48,665 bases of DNA from Chiloscyllium plagiosum (Eukaryota): assembly GCF_004010195.1 (NCBI RefSeq), contig NC_057718.1, forward strand, positions 23,200,773 through 23,249,437, given 5' to 3'. Shown piece after piece: positions 1 through 12,900 of this stretch. Position numbers and translations under genes: made by a program. Position 1 is the first letter of the stretch. Every line of letters begins with the position of its first letter. A model generated the notes under the pieces. It did no database searches. It was not told the DNA's origin and was given only the letters and a program-made list of their open reading frames with translations.

Positions 1-45
1 ATGCTGCCTGAACTGCTGTGCTCTTCCAGCACCACTAATCCAGAA
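1..45 (+). mobile_element. Truncated PLE pseudo-LTR fragment (continues outside window)
   Basis: atgctgcctgaactgctgtgctcttccagcaccac closely matches the arm sequence at 10857-10890, 15503-15537 and 32722-32755. Confidence 0.7.
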
Positions 46-1321
46 TGACCTAAGGATGTTATAATGGATCCTAACATTATAACGTTGCATACAAGTTTAC
101 TCATCTTTCATCTGCCTGTCTCCAGCAGTTGTTTTATAGATGGCTACTTTACACCTGGTAAACCTGACCACAGCTCACCGTGCATTTATTTTGATTGAAA
201 ATAAGATGATGAATGATCCACCTTTTATCCCATGCTCATGTTTAATCAATTGCCACAATTGGTACCTGTGTATGATTTGTTTTCTAATCTGATATCTAGT
301 AAATGTGTGCAAACTAGTGAGATAAATGTATATTCTTTGAAGGTTTTTATTTGTGTCTGAACAGACTCTGAATGACTCCGGACTCATTGAGTTCGCTAAT
401 CCTGATGATAATAAAAAATAATGATTCTCTCACAAACTCTTTGCCATTATGACTATCCGGAGTTCAATCTCCTTCCCTGATCCCATTGATCAAATAGCCT
501 TAGTATTCAGTTTAGGATCAGGGCAGCGAAGGGTGACAGACATTCGATTTCTTTTTTATCTTTTCACTTCATCCACTGCTTTAATTAATTCCGTTTCTTC
601 TTAGATGTCTATCTCATGAGGCAGGGCTGAAGGCAGTAGCCAATCTTGGAGGCTTATTAGAGGAAATCAGCTTCAGTATAGACTCCAATTTCAGATCACC
701 AGTTTAAGCCCCCCTCCTTGACCATCTGTATCCCATTGAGAGGATCTGGAATCAGAATACCTGCTAATTTAACTTTTAATTCCGTAAGTTAGTTTGTACT
801 TATCATTGAACTCCAATTCTGCCATCTAATAGGCTCATATGAAGTATGAGCAAAAATGCCAAAGCAATGTACTTTCCAGAATTAACTACCAAGACATGTA
901 TGATCGTTCTTCAGAAAACTCAGACTCAATTACTGCAAGAATTTCCTTTAGGAACAATTATATTCTCTGTTCAAATATTCTTATACACTTGCTATACAGG
1001 CTGTACTGCTATAATGTGTTCCTCTCTAACCTCACACTACAGAAAATCGCGCTACCACAAAACAAAATAGAAAGCCATGCTAGAGAAGATTGTTAATAAA
1101 AAAATCACTTTACCCATTCAGTAGAAAGTTTGCATTATCTAAACAACATCCACAATTCGTCAATCGTTTTATAGCAAATTCGCGCTGACAAAACGTACGC
1201 TGTAGCAGGTCAACTTGTGCTGTACAACACACTGCCTACTCCACTCCAAGACTTGTTCAATACATTTTGGTAAGAAAAACCAGGGCAAGACTTATACAGT
1301 TAATGGTTGGACACTGGGGAG

Positions 1322-1672
1322 TTTTTCTTTTGTTCATTCACCGGAGGTGGGCATCTTTGGCTAGGCCAGCATTTATTGCCCATCCCTTATTGCCCACGGG
1401 CAGTTTAGAGTTAATCACATTGCTATGGGACTGGAGTCACATGGAGTAGGAAGAGAGATTTATTTCCCTAAAGGACATTAGCAAAACAGATGAGTTTTTT
1501 CCAACAATCAGCAATGGTTTTGCGGTGATCATTATACCTTTAATTCAAGATTCTTTACTGAATTCAAATTGCACAACCTACCATGGTGGGAATTGTACAC
1601 AGGTCCCCAGAACATGAGCTAAGTTTCTGGTTTAATTGCCTCGTGATAATTCCACTAGGCCAGTGCTTTCCC
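1322..1672 (-). mobile_element. tRNA-derived SINE (shark family sharing its 3' tail with a CR1/L2-like LINE)
   Basis: Minus strand begins with A-box-like TGGCCTAGTGG and ends ...gggcaataaatgctggcctagcc...tgaatgaac; homologous copies at 14600-14810 and 26130-26335. Confidence 0.65.
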
Positions 1673-1679
1673 CATAAGC

Positions 1680-2366
1680 GCTGCTGAACAAACAGATCTA
1701 TGGGTGCAGGTGCATTGTTCCTTGAAAGTGGAGTCGTAGGTAGACAACATGGTGAAGGAGGCATTTAGCACTCTTTATTGGTCAGTGTATTGAGTATAGG
1801 ATTTGGGATATCATGTTGCTGCTATACAGAATATTGATGAGGCCATTTTAGAATGTGGCATATAATTCTGGTCACCCTTCTCTAGGAAGGATGTTGTTAA
1901 TCTTGAGAGGGTGCAAGAAAGAGTTACAAGGATGTTGCTAGAACTAGAGGGTTTGAGCTATAGGGAAAGACTGAAGAGGCTGGGGCTTTTTTCCCTAGAG
2001 TATCGGCTAAGGGGTGACCTTATAGTAGTTTATAAAATCATGAGGGACATGTTAGGGTAAATAACCAAGGTCTTTTTCTGAGGACAGGGGGAATCCAAAA
2101 CTAGAGGGCATAGGTTTAATGTGAGAGGGAAAAGATTTTAAAAGGATCTAAGGGGTAGTTTCTTTCATATGGTGGGTGGTGTGTGTATGGAACAAGCTGC
2201 CAGAGGAAGTGGTGGAGAGTGGTACAATTGCAACATTTAAAAGGCATCTGGAAGGGTGTATGAATAAGAAGGGTTTGGAGGGATGTGGGACAAACACTGG
2301 CAAATGGGACAAGATCAGATTGGAATGTCTGGTCAGCATGGACGAGTTGGACTCTATGACTCTATG
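1680..2366 (+). mobile_element. CR1-type LINE, 5'-truncated 3' fragment
   Basis: ORF 2176..2370 WNKLPEEVVESGTIATFKRHL is the CR1 ORF2 C-terminus; ends in ctctatgactctatg tandem tail. Confidence 0.9.
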
Positions 2367-2571
2367 TTGAAGTTTTTACCTGAAATATTGTCCTATGGGA
2401 GTTCAGAGAAGGTGATTGATGTAAGCTGTTTGAAATCCCTCTGTGTGGTATATTCTCTTTGCTATTGTGGCAAGCGCAATGTAATTTACATTAGTTTGTT
2501 ACTCTCAGTTATAATGTCTGCCTTTTCTGGGACTTTGTGTGAGCATATCCCTTCGGCACGTATCCAGATTT

Positions 2572-2960
2572 TGAACATCAAAGGACATGACCCTCTCTCA
2601 CTAGTATCCTTACATACAAATGAGGAAGGACGCCATTTCGACTGGGACAACACATCCATCCTAGGACAAGCCAAACAGAGACACCCACGGGACTTCCTTG
2701 AAGCATGGCATTCCAACCGGAGCTCTACCAGCAAACATATTGACTTGGATCCCATTTGCCCCCCCACTGAGAAAAAGAATAGGAAATGACATCACCACAG
2801 GAAATGACATAATCAACCCAAGGAAACCGAAACACATAATTAGAAAGTGGGCCATGCTGCCAATGCTTCATCTGGAGGCTCACTGATGATGTTACCTAAT
2901 ATGGTGACTAAATGTCTGAAAGCGAACCATCCGCTCAGTGAGCAACCCCACATTCATCAT
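2572..2960 (+). mobile_element. PLE 3' fragment: GIY-YIG C-terminus plus degenerate hammerhead
   Basis: HFDWDNTSILGQAKQRHPRDFLEAWHS..KHIDLDPI is homologous to ORF 41686..42261; CTGATGA-t-gttacc..ggtgac-TAAA-tgtc at 2883-2916. Confidence 0.85.
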
Positions 2961-4714
2961 TGTCTGCTCATTAGCCAGTGATGTTCCTCCTTTTGTTTTA
3001 GTTGACAGGGAAGGAGGAGACAGCAGAATGCAGAAGCAGGGAAATGAAAACCCAGCTATGATCTCTGGAATAAAGAGTATGAATTGGAGAGCAGCTGGTC
3101 CATCACAAAGCAGCAAGTTGTTATAAAGGAGCTGAAGAGGAAACATGCAGACAACTCAGAGAAATGTGTCAAGATAAAGGAAGACAGTAGAAGTTGGAAT
3201 CTTCAGCTACAACAGCAATTATGGCACCATAGCTGTCAAAGAAAATCTACAGGGTTGAGATAAAGAGGGAATGACTGATGAGGATGGTCAAAGATTTGAT
3301 CGAGTAGAGGATTTAAGAAAGCGCTTGAAGAACTGAAAGTGGAGTGTGAGAGGAATTTATGAAGGAATTCTAGATTTTGGGTTTAAAATTATGGTCAAGA
3401 TGACAAAAGAAAATGAGAATGGTATGAATTATTTCAGTGGTAAGTGAATTAGAGTTTAATAAACTGAAGTCCATGAAAAATATAATTGGGCTCCTGAACA
3501 AGCATGGCATTTAACAAGACTATATGTTAAGTCACCCAAGTCCATGTGATAAATCTTCTTTTGGGCTCATCTCTTCTATATCAGATGACCACTTAAAATC
3601 AGTTTAAATTACCCACCACCTAAAATCATCTGCACTATTTGTTCCTCCTTTCAATTGACAGGTACTTCAGTTCAAAAATGAAATTATCCAGGGGGAAATG
3701 AAATGGTGTGGCGGCCATGGGGCGGGGGGGAAGATATTCAAGGAGTTGAGAGTCTGTTGTGATGTCCCTGGTCCTGAGGGAATTAAGTACATTAGTCTGG
3801 GAGACCTTTAGTTTGATGGTTTGTAAAGGAGACACTGTCTTAGAATCTGTTTCAGATACAGTACCAATAACATATTTATTAGAATGAATAACCATCCACA
3901 AGGTACATTATAGCTCCGATATATTTATGTTTTATAAAAATGCATCTTTTGTGGGGGCAACTCTTGTGATATGTGGAACACAGCATGAAAATGACTCAGG
4001 TACACAGTTATAATGTCTGTTGTTGCATGCCTGAGAGAATGACAGTGCTGTCTGACTGATGTTGTATAGCAGCATTTTGTATTTTGTCAACAGATTACTG
4101 AGAATTAATCTGCACATTGCATTTAATATTATGGCTGTTAAAATGTCTGATAGAATTTGCTTGGACCATTAATTGGTTAAAATATTATCTTATCTCTTCC
4201 TGCCTTAATATCATACAACCCAGCTCACAGCACATTATAGAATCTGTCTTAATTGCCTACATAATTGAAATTAAGAGTTTTTTTTATTTATATGACGACT
4301 TATGCACCTTAATTTTGCCCGTACACATGTTTTCTGTTTCACAGTTCATGTTCAGCCAATTCAGCTGTAGGTTTATTCCCTGGTCTTCATTAATTTGTTG
4401 TTCAGCTGACAACTTCAAGATCTATAGGACTGGTTTAGTATGACTGGTCCCCCATTATATCTTCTATTTCCTTGCAGCAGTCCATTGCATCTGTTTAGCT
4501 ACTTCAATGGCATTCCAGCTTATCATGAAGGGACTTGTGTACAAATCTTGTGTACAATATATATTACTTAACATGCTCAAAACAGCTTGTAGGCCAATGT
4601 CTGTTCTGTGGATCTCCCACTGGAAAAGTACATCCTACATCACAATTGTTACAATAACATTTGTTTTCTTCCTTCCCATTAGTTACTTTCAATCATCCTG
4701 ATTCTATTTACTCC

Positions 4715-4830
4715 GATTCTTCTTTTGTCAATGAGATGTTAAATGGAGGCTCTTCCAGTCAATCAAATGAATGCTCATGATTCCATGCCTAATTTGAAGA
4801 CAAACAGGGATTTCTCCTGTTCCATAGTCA
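4715..4830 (+). mobile_element. Degenerate DeuSINE Deu-domain fragment
   Basis: tcttttgtcaatgagatgttaaatggaggc...gattccatg resembles the Deu-domain core. Confidence 0.45.
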
Positions 4831-6557
4831 CTATATCTTTTGCCTGGTGAACATCTACTGCCCTAATTGACTGGACTAATTCCTGAGATGGTAGAACTAT
4901 CCTATAACGAATGGGCTTCCAGAATGTCTGGGAACCCTGCAGTGCTGGAATTTAGGAGATTCAAGGGGGAGTCAGTGCCTTCATGGTTCGCAGTTTGAGA
5001 AGCCTCTGTGATCAAGACCTTGCCAACTACCTTCTCTCCCAGGCCTCTCATAACCCCCTCACTCCATACTCACAGCTCCACTTCTCTAGCCTGACTCCAA
5101 AACCCATGGTTTCCCTAATCTGAGGCATCAGACCTGCCTCATCCTGATTGGAGTGTAATCTCCTCCAACACCGCGATCTTTGGCCTCCCCTAACCTATCC
5201 ACCAATTTTACCCCCGCACCATTTGGAATCATGATATAAGATGTAGACCATAAGAAAAAGGAGCAACATGAGGCTATTTGTCTCACCAAGTCTGTTCACC
5301 ATTTGGTCATGCTCTTCTTCAGAATTTTTGATAAGGATGCCTTGTCATTTACCTCTAGATAGCCCGATCTAAAATCACTTAAAAAGTAATGTTTAAAAAA
5401 ACTATATTGAAACAATTAGCAAACTCACCAGTGTGCAGTAGTAAGCTTCTCAGTGTATACTTTCTGATATTAAAATGTTTATAAATATGCTTACAAGTTA
5501 GTGCCTGTACACCTCAGGAAATGACTAGTCAAGTGAGTGTTCCCTAACCATCATGGTCAACTGAACCATACAATATGAAGCTGGTGATGTGACTAGCTAT
5601 TCAAACCAGGGTCTAGTCAGATGGAACTAAACGTCAAACCAGCACAAAAGATCACCTGCAATTAAACGTCTCTGACTTTAAATAACATTTAAACATTTCT
5701 CAAATATTTTGCCTTAACATAGCCGATTCTACCAGATTGAGACTGAGACGCATGACTCTTAAAGGGTGAATACAAAGGTATGCCATACATGATGATGTCA
5801 TGTTGCTATGTGGGCAGAACAGTTTAGGATCTCCACAGACTAACTTTTAACAATCAGTTCCACCTCCGAATCTCTGTAACAGTGTCATTTGTATCAATGC
5901 AATCTGAACTAGTTTCTAACACACAATTAACAATAGATTGCTCACTGTAAGAGGCTCTTCTAGTTAGACTAGGGAGTGCTTTTCCTCCACCACACAAGAT
6001 CACACAGACCTTGGAGTTAATGCCATTTAAAGACAATGATGGTAGCAAGCTTCATCATGAACAGCACCTCATGAGGTGGAGGGAGTTGGCATGTTCATGA
6101 GACAATAACTAGAAGAAGCAAATAGAAACTCAATGTCAAACAGTGAATATATACAATGAGTTCATTTTATTATTAACAATAGTAATTGACTGGTGTGAGT
6201 GATAATCTGTACAACTCAGTGTGGATCTGAATCCAATTTCATACATGCATAAAAATGTGTTCTTGTACTTCATCAGATCCAATCCTTTATTATCAGCAAT
6301 TAAACTCATCTGCAAAATAATTTTAGACAATTTTACATGTATTACATTTGGGAGAGCAAGTGCATTTAAAATGACAGATGTTTATGGGATGTATGTTTTC
6401 TAAAATTCACTAGTTTTGCCGTAGCAAATTTTGTTTCCTCACGCCAGTTTCACACCATGCTGTCAGCATCATTACATGAGTATAAGCATTGAAGTGAATA
6501 CCTGCGCACAACCATTTCCTTTTTATGTGTTGTGAAGTAATACCTGTCCAAAGGTAT

Positions 6558-6958
6558 GTATCAGCTGTAATTCAGTAGGTAGCACATTTATTTCACAATC
6601 AGAAGGTTACTGTTCAAGTCTCATTTCAAGGTAAAGATCAATATTGATACTGCAGTGCAGTACTGTGGGATTGCTGTGTTGTTAGTGCTGCCATCTTCCC
6701 TGTGATTGGTTAAACTGATATCCTACATGCCCACTGCAGATGAACAGTGGAAGCATTGGGCTAAATTACAGCACAAAAGCAGAGAATCTGGTCATAATCA
6801 CATTGTGGTTTGTGGGAGTTCGCTTTGTGAAAAATGGCTGTGTTTCCTACATTATAGTAGTTCCTGCACTTTCAAATTACTTCATGAACTGTAATGGGCT
6901 TTGAGACATCCTGTGGTTGTATAAGTATAAATATACAAATGCAAAATCTTTCTTTAAC
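6558..6958 (+). mobile_element. SacSINE1-like DeuSINE, degenerate
   Basis: tRNA-like head (A-box-like taattcagtagg, B-box-like gttcaagtc), Deu-like gtgcagtactgtgggattgctg..gtgctgccatctt, tail ...gagacatcctgtgg...aatgcaaaatctttcttt. Confidence 0.6.
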
Positions 6959-7021
6959 TTATTTTTACAATTAAATAGAAAATCAGGCCAGACATTTGCA
7001 GCATGTTGCATTTTAAAAGAA

Positions 7022-7119
7022 ACAAGCAAAAACAAAAATTGCTGGAGAAACTCAGCAGTTTTTAGGCAGTATCTGTGAAGAGAAATCAGTTAGTATTTTG
7101 AGTGACCCTTCCTCAGAAC
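7022..7119 (-). mobile_element. PLE pseudo-LTR fragment, family B (hammerhead core remnant)
   Basis: Reverse complement matches 43831-43930; CTGAGGA on minus strand at 7116-7110. Confidence 0.65.
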
Positions 7120-7489
7120 CCATTTCAAATCAGTTCTCAGCTCCATTTCAGAAGAATCTAATTGGAGCTTGCGAATCATGTTTCTCTTACAGATTTCCCT
7201 AAAATTCCTTGCATCCTTGGCTTTCCTTTCAACCAATGTTAGTATCAATCCATTAAACATTCTACCATAAACATACTACAGGGACCCATATATTTAAATC
7301 AAAGCAAAAGCGATTTGCAAAAGTTCTGAAAAATATCATTTTAATCAAGAATAATGTCATGATATAATAGGTGCATTAATGCATATTTCATTACATTAGT
7401 AAGTGAGCTTTTATGGTCAGGCTGAGAGGGTGATATTTTTGTGAAGCCCATTCAACATTATCAGTCAATTCTAAGTGACAAAAGGCAAT

Positions 7490-8410
7490 AAAGAGCTCCC
7501 TTCCTGCAGCCCATGTTTGGTAGGTATACCACAAAGCTATTAGGGATGGTACTTGAAGACTTTAATTGAGCAACAGTGAACAAATGGAGATATAGCTCTA
7601 AATCTGACTGGTGTGTGACCTGCAGCAGATCTTGCAGTTGGTCATATTCCTGAGCATCAGATGCCTTCTTCCTTCATGTAGTAGAGGTTATGGGTCTAGT
7701 ACGTGTTCTCAAGGAGCTTTGGTGAGGTGCTGCAGTGCATCTTGTAGATGGTACAGATGCTGCCACTGTTTGATTGTGTACAGTGCAATGTTAAATCGTA
7801 GAATCCCCATATTATGGAACAAACCATTTGGCCCATTGAGTCCACACTGCACCTTCCGAAGAACGTCCCACTCAAACCCACTTGCCTACCCTATCCCCGT
7901 AACCCTACATTTCCCATGACTAATCCACCCAGCCTGTACATCCCTGGACACTATGGGTGATTTAACATTGCCAATTCAGCCTAACCTGCACATCTTTGGA
8001 GTGTGAGAGGAAACTGGAGCACCTTGCGTAAAACCACAGACACGGGAGAATGTGCAAACTCCACATAGGCAATCACCCGAATCAAACTCAGATCCCTGGC
8101 ACTGTGAGGCCGCAGTGCTAACCACTGAGCCACCACTCTGCCCATAGGGTGGTGGAAGATGTGCCAATCAAGTAGGATACTTTGTCTTGGATTGTATGAA
8201 GCTACTTGAGTGTTGTTGAAGCTGCACTAATCCAAGCAAGAGGAGAATATTTTATTACACTCCTGACTTGAGCCTTGTGGGCAGACATTGGGGAGAAAGG
8301 AAATGAGTTACAGGCTGCAGAATTCTGAGCCTCCCAATTGCTGTTGCAGCCATGGTATTTTTATGGCTAGTCCAGTACAGTTTCTGATTAATGGTAACAC
8401 CCCAAGATTT
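7490..8410 (-). mobile_element. Degenerate CR1/L2-like LINE 3' fragment interrupted by an HE1 SINE
   Basis: Reverse complement similar to 29770-30290 (e.g. acactcctgacttgagccttgt vs acaaggcacaagtcaggagtg). Confidence 0.55.
7795..8143 (-). mobile_element. HE1-type V-SINE, near full length
   Basis: Minus strand: A box TGGCTCAGTGG, B-box-like GAGTTTGATTC, V-domain gtggagtttgcacattctccc, CR1-like tail. Confidence 0.85.
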
Positions 8411-9703
8411 TAGTGGCCAATTAGAGAGCGACAATAGAGCAGAATGTACCCAAGTAGTTGCAATGGCAGCAGAATACACTAAATCATGCAGAAGACTATA
8501 TGTCAGTCTCCAGTACGAGAAGATGATTAAGCTGGAGATGGGGAGACATTAGTGCATGCAACTTGCCCACTCAGGCAGGATGTCTGACCTGACCTCATGC
8601 ATTCAGACGACATACAGCATTTACTATTGATTTTCCCACCTATTTATTTGCTTGTGGCTCTTTGCAATACTGCACTCTCATGTCTACAACTTACTGTTCC
8701 CTAGAACTTAGTGCCATCTGCACACTTGGACCTGCACCTCCCTCTTATTGTTGTTTTTATAAATGTGAAAAATTGAGGTTTCAGCACCAATTATTGAGAA
8801 ACAACACTTGTCACATCTCACCAATCAATATGCATTTCCTTTACCCCTGTTCAGTCTCTTATGACTCAATTAGTAAATATCTAAAAGCACTAACATGCTG
8901 CATCTCAATATTTTAAGCGCTTTCATTCGAAGAAACTCTTTCTTTAATATCTCAGAAAAAGCAAATGCTCTCTATTAATGATACATTTTTCCCATATGTG
9001 TGTGTGCAATCATACAATATTAATCTCTTTCTTTCATAGATTATTTTTCTATTTGTTGACCTGACAATCAACTGTTTCTTCTCTGCAAGCAACCTCGGTA
9101 GAAACCTCATGAAATTCCCTGCAGAAGGAACAGGTACTTATTTGTTTCCAAGGGTTTAATAGAGCTTTTATCCTTTAGGGGGGATAGAGGTTTACAAATG
9201 TGGTTTCACACGGCGTAATGTCTCTAGGTGGTTGTCTGTCATCTTGGAATTTGCAGTGTTGCAGGATTTGTTGACTGATTTTAGCAAAATGTCATTACCT
9301 TTGTTGTTCTAATCTTTCCCTGCTCGCTCAGGTTTTAAGTTGTTTAAGCCTAATTTTAATTTTAAAAGATACCAAAGACTATCAAATGCTGAAAAATAAT
9401 TTAAAAAAAATTGTGCTGTTGAATTCACGCTGTGGCAAAAGTAATTGCTTTGATAATTTTGTACTGAATGGATTTGTGGATCTCACAAGAAAATGCCTCC
9501 GTCTTAAGGGCACCTTACAGCAATCAATGGGGTCAAAACATCCAAACCTGCATTCGTCTGATTATCCTGTCATTGCCTATTGTCAATCCATCGTTCATGT
9601 CTGCTTCAGGGATTCTAAATTGGTTGCCAGCTGTAACTGAATCCTTGTGATAAAAACCGAGGTCATACTTCACGTCACTGCCATGTACAAAGTCAGACTG
9701 TTA

Positions 9704-9821
9704 TTACATGCATGACTTGGCATCAACTGAAGAGAAAGGTTCTTCTATGCTGTTCACCTCTGTAGTGCACCTCGCTGGGTCTGATTCTTTGATATATTCT
9801 TCCCTGCTGCCAGTCTTATAC
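9704..9821 (-). CDS. Candidate terminal coding exon of unidentified gene (YKTGSREEY...AKSCM*)
   Basis: Branch-point-like CACTAAC (9836-9830), acceptor attgacag, open frame to TAA; phase 2 fits the candidate exon at 15738-15802. Confidence 0.4.
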
Positions 9822-9919
9822 CTGTCAATGTTAGTGGACAAGGAGTAAATGGGATGATTTGCTAAAAATGACAGAAATATTACAAGTTTTACAGCATAAT
9901 ATTTGCCAGCAGAAGCAAG

Positions 9920-12900
9920 TGGAACCTCTGGGGTAGGTGGGACCTCTACAAACAGGATGGTCTTCACCTGAACCAGAGGGGTACAAATATCCTGGGGGGA
10001 AACTTGCTAATGCTTTTCGGGAGAATTTAAACTAATTCAGCAAGGGGATGGGAACCCAAATTGTAGTTTGAGTATACAGGACATTGAGAGTAGTGAGGTT
10101 TGAAATAAGGTTTCAAAGTCACAAGAGGGTACTGGCAAGTTAGAAGTTGGTTTGAAGTGTGTCTACTTCAACACCAGAGAGCATCCGGAATAAGGTGAGT
10201 GAACTTGCATCATGGATTGGTACCTGGGGTTTCAGTGTCGTGCCCATTTCTGAGACATGGGTTGAGCAGGGACAGGAATGGTTTTTGCTGGTTCTGGAAT
10301 GTAGATGCTTCAGTAAGAACAGAGAAGATGGTAAAAGACGAGGTGTGGCACTATTAGTCAAGCGCAGCAGGTCAGGCAACATCCTGGGACACCACTGAGA
10401 CATCCGGACCAACCAACCCAATCACCCCGTAGCCCAACACTTTAACTCCCCCTCCCACTCCCCAAGGACATGCAGGTCCTTGGACTCTTCCATCGCCAGA
10501 CCATGGCAACACGACGGTTGGAGGAAGAGCACCTCATCTTCTGCCTGGGAACCCTCCAACCACAAGGGATGAACTCAGATTTCTCCAGTTTCCTCATTTC
10601 CCCTCCCCCCAACTTGTCTCAGTCAAATCCCTCGAACTCAGCACCGCCTTCCTAACCTGCAATCATCTTCCTGACCTCTCTGCCCCCACTCCACTGCGGC
10701 CTATCACCCTCACCTTGACCTCCTTCCACCTATCGCATTTCCAAAGCCCCTCCCCCAAGTCCCTCCTCCCTACCTTTTATCTTAGCCTGCTGGACACACT
10801 TTCCTCATTCCTGAAGAAGGGCTTATGCCCAAAACATCGATTCTCCTGTTCCTTGGATGCTGCCTGACCTGCTGTGCTTTTCCAGCAACACATTTTCAGC
10901 TCTGATCTCCAGCATCTGCAGCCCTCACTTTCTCCTCCATTATTAGTCAAGGACAGGATTACAGTTGCTGAAAGGACGTTTGAGGACTCATATCTGAGGT
11001 AGTATGGGTTGAGGTTAGAAACAGGAAATGAGAGGTCACCCTGTTGGGAGCTTTCTGTCGGCCCCTGAATAGTTCCAGAGATGTAGAGAAAAGGATAGCA
11101 AAGATGATTCTCAATAGGAGTGAGAGTGACAGGGTAGATGTTATGGGGGTCTTTAACTTTTCAAATATTGACTAGGAATACTATTGTTCATGGACTTTAG
11201 ATGGGTCAGTTTTTGTCCAGTGTGTGCAGGAGGGTTTCCTGTCGCATTATGTAGACAGGCCAACAAGGGGTGAGGTCACATTGGATTCAGTACTGGGCAA
11301 TGCACCTAGCCAGGTGTTAGATTTGGAGGTAGGTGAGCATTTTGGTGATAGTGACTACAATTCGGTTATGTTTACTTGAGTGATGAAAAGGGATAAGTAT
11401 ATACTGCAGGGCAAGAGTTTTGGCTGGGGGAAAGGCAATTATGATGCGATTAGGCAAGATTTAGGATGCATTGAATGGGGAAGGAAACTGCAGGAGATGG
11501 GCACAATTGAAATGTGGAGCTTATTCAAGGAACAGCTACTAAGAGCCCTTGATAAGTATGTACCTGTCTGGCAGGGAGGAAGTGGTCGAGTGCAGGTGCC
11601 GTGGTTTACTAAGGAAGTTGAATCTCTTGTCAAGGGGACAAAGAAGGAATATGTTAGGATGAGAGGTGAAGGCTCAGTTAGGATACTTGGGAGTTACAAG
11701 TTAGCCAGGAAAGACTTAAAGAAAGAGTTAAGAAGAGCCAGGAGGGGACATGAGAAGTTGTTGGCAGATAGGATCAAGGAAAATCCTAAGGCTTTCTGTA
11801 GGTATATCAGAAATAAATGAATGACTAGAGTAAGATTAGGGCCAATCAAGGATATCAGTGGGAAGTTGTGCGTGGAGTCAGAAGAGATAGGGGAAGTGCT
11901 TAAATGAATATTTTTCATCAGTATTCACACTAGAAAAAGATAATGTTGCCAAGATGAATACTGAGATAAAGGCTATTAGATGGGATAGGATTGAGATTAA
12001 CAAGGAGGAGGTGTTAGCAATTCTGGAAAGTGTAAAAATAGATAAGTCTCCTGGGCCGGATGGGATTTATCCTAGGATTCTCTGAGAAGCTAGGGAGGAG
12101 ATTGCCAAGCCTTTGGCTTTGACCTTTATATCGTCATTGTCTACAGGAATTGTCCTGAGGTTTTTTGGATAATAACAAATGTTGTCCCCTTGTTCAAGAA
12201 AGGGAGTAGAGACAACCCTAGTAATTATAGACCAGTGAGCCTTACTTCAGTTGTAGATAAAGTGTTAGAAAAGTTATAAGAGATAGAATTTATAACCATA
12301 TAGAAAGGAGTAAGCTGATTAGGGATAGTCAACATGGTATTGTGAGGGGTAGGTCATGCTTACTCTTTAAGATGGTGACCAAAGAGGTGGATGAGAGTAA
12401 AGTGGTTGATGTGGTGTATATGGATTTCAGTAAAACCTTTGACAAGATTCCCCACAGTAGGCTGTTGCACAAAATATGGAGGTATGGGATTGAGGGTGAT
12501 TTAGCGGTTTGGATGAGAAATTGGCTAGCTGAAAGAAGACAGAGGGTGGTGGTTGATGGGAAATGGTCATCCTGGAGGTCATTTACTAGTCGTGTACAGC
12601 AAGGATCTGTTTTGGTTCCACTGCTGTTTGTCAATTTTATAAACAACCCGGATGAGGGTGTAGAAGGATGGGTTAGTAAATTTGCAGATGACACTATGGT
12701 TGGTTGAGTTGTGGATGGTGCAGAAGGATGTTGTAGTTGCAGAGCTGGGGTGAGAGGTGGAAAATTGAGTCTAATGTGGAAAAATGTGAAGTGGTTCACT
12801 TTGGAAGGAGTAACAGGAATACAGAATACTGGGCAAATGGTAAGATTCTTGGTAATGTAGATCTTGATGTCCAGGTACATGTACTTTCAGATCCCTGAAA

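Noticed and set aside
2283..2789. 168-aa ORF as a novel gene
   Set aside because: Chance fusion of a CR1 3' end, unique DNA and a PLE GIY-YIG fragment
3635..6048. Minus-strand ORFs 3635..3901 and 5854..6048 as exons
   Set aside because: No convincing splice-site pairs or recognisable motifs
7795..8143. A/B boxes as tRNA genes
   Set aside because: They are SINE heads followed by SINE body and tail; no complete cloverleaf
9545..9605. SECIS-like ATGAA..AA..GA on the minus strand
   Set aside because: Helix II pairing is poor and the GA quartet is out of register
12329..12880. 183-aa minus-strand ORF and similar antisense ORFs (41078..41350, 41502..41888, 41895..42167)
   Set aside because: Antisense shadows of CR1 or PLE coding sequence
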